A DNA stretch of 64,000 nucleotides. It comes from Ostrea edulis. Lineage: Eukaryota. Made by a program: the position numbers and the translations under genes. Under the pieces are notes generated by a model. The model did not search any database, was not told the origin of the DNA, and saw only the letters and a list, made by a program, of their open reading frames with translations. Shown here in pieces: positions 59,797 to 64,000 of this stretch (position 1 is the stretch's first letter; each line of letters opens with the position of its first letter). Location of the stretch: the NCBI RefSeq assembly GCF_947568905.1, contig NC_079166.1, positions 37,944,001 through 38,008,000 on the forward strand. Reading direction: 5' to 3'.

Positions 59797-60500
59797 ATGG
59801 GGCTGCGTTATAAATCTGGCAATCGGAACGTGGACGACTTACGAAGAAAGGTTGGATAATTATTTCACAGCAAGCGAAGTGGACAACGACAAAAAAGTTC
59901 CCGCGCTTCTGAGCCTCGTATGTATTGTTAAGAGACTTAAAACAGCACCCGATTTACCCAAGTCTAAGACTTATCAAGAACTCTCAAAAGCATTAAAGGA
60001 CCAGTATTCAACGAAACCATTAATGATTGTCGAAAGATTCAGATTTCACAAGCGTGACCAGAAGGAGGGAGAGAGCGTGTGTGATTACATTGCTGCTCTT
60101 CAAAAAATTCAGCGAATTTTGTGAGTTTAAAGATGTTCTAAATGACACATTAAGGGACAGGTTTGTGTGTGGGTTAAGAAATGAACAAACTCAAAAGAAA
60201 CTTCTATCAGAAAAAGATCTCGCATACCAAAAAGCGCTTGCCATTGCGATGGAGACAGCAACAAATGAAGCTGTAGAGATACAAAAGAAACACCTATCCC
60301 CTACGTCCGGTATCAACAAGCTTAGCATGTCTAAAGACAAGGGGGGGGGGGGAGTCACCAAAACAAATCTACGGTAGCCCAGCAGTGTTATCGGTGCAAT
60401 GGAAACCATGCCTCGGATGCCTGCAGATTTATCCAGGAAACGTGTAGGCAGTATGGAAAAAGAGGACACATACAACGAGCTTGTCGTTCAAAACCATCTG
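59797..60500 (+). pseudogene. Gypsy gag with CCHC knuckle
   Basis: WTTYEERLDNYF, ERFRFHKRDQKEGESVCDYIAAL, LRDRFVCGLRNEQTQKKLL, CYRCNGNHASDAC...GKRGHIQRAC. Confidence 0.85.
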
Positions 60501-60599
60501 TGAAACCGGCAAAAAAGAACAGGAAAAATGTACACGAAATGGAAGTGTCGGATGGTTTTGAACCAATGTTGTCACTAAGTGGCAACACTATGGGAGGAT

Positions 60600-63500
60600 T
60601 CAAGGATGCAATTTGGATAAAGCTCCATGTGAATGGAAATGAATTCCCTTTGGAACTGGACACAGGATCAGCAATGTCGGTTATCAACAGCGAAACTTAC
60701 CGTCAAAATTTTCCAAACATAAAGTTGACAGACGACGACATTACCCTTAGAACAATACTCTGAAGAAGACATCAAGCCAATGGGTGTGTGTTCAGTCAAG
60801 GTAAAAATGGATGATCAACAAAAACAATTAAATTTGTATGTACATGTAGTCGGCTGGGGGGGTGGGGGGGGCATCCTTATTTGGTGGTGAGTGGCTAAGA
60901 AAACTCAAACTCAACTGGGTTGAAATCAAGGCATTGGAGACTAGCAAACAAAGTGTAAGGGAAGTGCTTGAGAGATACAAAATTGTGTTCACTGATGATC
61001 TGGGAATGCTGAAGGACATATCTGCAAGAATAAAAGCACAGGAGTCTGCAACACCCAAATGTTGCAACGCTCGAGTAGTACCATATTCGTTGCGCCCCAA
61101 AGTTGATCAGGAACTGGACCGTCTTATCAAAACTGGAATCCTTAGCAAGGTAAAACACAGTGAATGAGCTATCCCCATTGTTCCTATGGGTATATAGTAC
61201 CCACAGCCAACAAGAGTACCGCAAACGGTACAATATACGCCCATCGGACAGTGAGCCTTTGACTAAATATCAGGGCAATATATTTGTATCCGTAATGAAA
61301 AAAAAAGCCTGGAAAACTGTCTGGGCTATTTTAAGTCCAAAAGTAGGTCAAGGATGGACCAATCCAGCTGAAATGCAAACTGAATTTGTATCCCTCTGAG
61401 AGGAAGCATTTGACTAAATATTAAGGCAATATCTGTATATGTAATGAAAAAAATCCCGGAAACTGTTTAACCTAATTTTTTCCAAAAAGTAGGTCAAGGA
61501 TGGACCAACCCCCACTGAATTGCACACTGAACTTGTATCCTCCAAGAGAAAGCCTCTGACTAAATTTCAGGGCAATAACTTATCCATAATGAAAAAAAAG
61601 TCCGGAAAACTGTCCGATTTTTTTCCCCAAAAGTAGGTCAAGGATAGACTGAAATGCAAACTAATCTTGTATTCCTCGGAGAGGAAGCCTATGACTAAAC
61701 ATCAGTGCAATATCTGTATCCGTAATGGGGGAAAAGCCCGCAAAACTGTCTGACCAATTTATAGCTTAAAAATAGGTCATGGATGGATCAATCCAGCTGA
61801 AATGCAAACTGAACTTGTATTCGTCCAAGAGGAAACCTCCGACTAAATTTCAGGGCAATATCTGTATCCATAATGCAAAAAAGCCCGGAAAACTATTTGA
61901 CCTACTTTAGTCTTAATGTAGGTCACAGACGGACGGACCAATCCAACTGAAATGCAAAATGAACTTGTATTTCTCTGAAAGGAAGCTTATGTGTAAATTT
62001 CAGGGCAATATCTGTATCTGTAACGAAAAAAAGTCCGGAAAACTATTTGACCTACTTATAGCCCTAAAGTAGGTGAACGATGGACCAATCCAGATGAAAT
62101 GCAAACTCACTCTTACAATTCTTGAGGGAGATATTATGACCAAATTTCAAAGTTGTACATGCATCCGTTACGAAAAAAAGTCCGGAAAACATGACACGGG
62201 ACAGACGCACGGACAGCGCCATAACATAATGACGGGCGTATAAAAATTGAAGACATATTCGCAAGTTTGGCAGGAGGACAAAAGTTTACAAGATTGGACT
62301 TGAGAAACGTCTATTGACAAATGACAGTGAGGGAACAGGACAGACCATACCTTACAATAAACACTCACCGTGGACAGACTCGTGTTTTGAATAGCCTTCG
62401 CCCTAGCAATATTGCAGAGAACCATGGATACAGTTTTACAAGGACTAGAGGGAGTACACTGCAATATGGAGGATATCATCATAATCGGGGAATGGCTGAG
62501 GAACATCTGGAAAACTTGGAACAAGTTTTGAAGCGACTCGATCGCTATGGATTAAAAGCAAATGTTGCTATGAGTGAGTTCATGAAGGACAAAATCGAAT
62601 TCTGTGGCCATGTTATAGACGCAGTAGGTCTGTAGAAGACATCAAAGAAAATTGAGGCCGTACTGAATGCCTCTGAACCAAAGAATGGGTCCGAACTCAG
62701 AGCTTTCCTGGGACTTGTGAATTACTATGGACGTTTCATGGAGAACTTGACTACTCACTCAGCACCATTGTATAACCTTCTTAAAGACATTTCTCAATTC
62801 ATTTGGTCAGAAACATCCAAATTGGCATTTCAAAAAAAATTAAAGAACTTGTGACGTCAGACGAAGTACTTGTCCATTATGATCCTCAGAAACCCGTAAC
62901 CCTAGCAACAGATGCCTCACCATATGGTCTTGGAGCCGTGCTGTTTCATACGATGCCTGATGGTTCTAAAAAGTCAATTATGTTTGCATCTAGATCTCTT
63001 AGTCAAGCGGAGAAAAACTATGAGCAAATCGATAAAGAGGCACTAGGATTGGTGTGGGGAGTGAAGAAATTTCACACATACTTGTATGGGAAAAGGTTCA
63101 CCTTAGTGACTGATCACCAGCCTCTAGTATCTATCTTCAATCCTGAGAAAGGATGCCCTGTGACTACTGCAGCAAGACTGCAGAGGTATACGCTCTTTTT
63201 ATTTGGGTTCCAATATGACATTCGATATAAAAACACAAGGAAACACAACAATGCTGATGCACTAACAAGACTTCTGGTTCCAATTGGAAACGAAGAATTG
63301 AATGAAGAATCATATGATGTAACTGAATTGTACATGATTCAGCAACTCGACAGCCTACCTGTTAGTAGTGAAGAAATTCAGAGAGAAACTGTGAAGGACA
63401 CTACTCTGAAAGTGGTTTATGACATGACTGCATCAGGATGGCCAGCATCTGCAAATAACCTGAATAAAGCCCTGAAGGCATGCTTTACCCGCAGGAATGA

Positions 63501-64000
63501 AATATCCATTTATCAGGGATGGCTACTTTGGGGAATTCGTGTTATCGTTCTTCAGAACATTCGTTCCCGTGTCTTAGAGGAACTTCACGAGGGACACCCT
63601 GTGATTGTTAAGATGCAAACCGCTGCACGCAGTCTAGTATGATGGCCTGGTATTGACAAAGACCTAGAAACTCTTGTAAAAAGCTGTAAAGGGTGTCAAG
63701 ACAACCGACCCATGCCACCTGAAGCACCTATTCATCCGTGGGAATGGCCCCAACGCGCATGGCAAAGGATACACGTGGACTTTGCTGGTCCATTTCAAGG
63801 AAGTATGTTCTTAGTTGCAGTTGACGCATTCTCGAAATGGCCTGAAGTAGTCCAGATGTCAACGACAACAGCGGACCGCACAGTGGATGTACTGCGAAGA
63901 ATATTTTCAAGAAATGGTCTGCCATATTCGCTTGTCTCAGACAACGGACCACAGTGTCTGAAACCTTCAAAGACTTCATGAAATACAACGGAATTCGTCA
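60600..64000 (+). pseudogene. Gypsy pol (protease, RT, RNase H, integrase), disrupted
   Basis: LELDTGSAMSVI; IEDIFASLAGGQKFTRLDL; LATDASPYGLGAV, IDKEALGLVWGVKKFHTYLYG, TDHQPL; ELHEGHP..CKGC, RIHVDFAGPF, VDAFSKWPE, SDNGPQ. Confidence 0.9.
61209..62245 (+). mobile_element. Non-autonomous Helentron-like element with about 146-bp tandem array, inserted in Gypsy RT
   Basis: 5' AACAAGAGTACCGCAAACGGTACAATATACGCCC; about 6 units anchored by GACTAAAT.TCAGGGCAATA (about 61261, 61412, 61558, 61693, 61842, 61990); 3' GGACAGACGCACGGAC...GACGGGCGTATAAAAA (inverse of the 5' TATACGCCC). Inserted in an A run. Confidence 0.8.

Larger units (their letters stand above)
59720..64000 (+). mobile_element. Decayed Gypsy/Ty3 LTR retrotransposon (runs off the window end)
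   Basis: Domain order gag - zinc knuckle - protease - RT - RNase H - integrase, with stops and frameshifts. Confidence 0.92.

Noticed and set aside
1-64000. Prokaryotic operons or defence systems; most 60-100-aa track ORFs
   Set aside because: Spliceosomal exon-intron structure and metazoan TEs throughout. The short ORFs are chance frames, exon read-throughs or repeat translations.

Overview
AT-rich, intron-containing animal DNA. The repeat families and gene types look like a bivalve, probably an oyster (Crassostrea/Magallana-like); this is inference from recall, not a database result. Two host genes, both on the minus strand, were rebuilt by hand from GT-AG junctions. (1) An 18-exon gene (33812->9074, about 1068 aa) with a predicted signal peptide, a coiled-coil region and eight group-A SRCR domains (DMBT1/scavenger-receptor-like). 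(2) A 5-exon pancreatic-lipase-family gene (51437->46587, about 310 aa) whose nucleophile Ser is replaced by Gly (GQGLG), so probably a pseudo-lipase. The rest is densely nested mobile DNA: an RTE LINE with two insertions, Helentron-type elements with internal tandem arrays, Penelope-like RT fragments, two DUF3504/Crypton tyrosine-recombinase elements, an Ngaro remnant, an apparently intact two-gene PIF/Harbinger transposon (TIRs plus AGG target duplication), a decayed Gypsy, SINEs, MITEs and minisatellites. The most notable unexplained structures are (a) four copies of a minimal type-I hammerhead ribozyme in a dispersed repeat and (b) a 2.6-kb inverted arrangement of two Crypton copies joined through a pair of about 139-bp hairpins with flip/flop-like loops. 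Coordinates were counted by eye; TE boundaries are approximate unless TIRs or TSDs are given.
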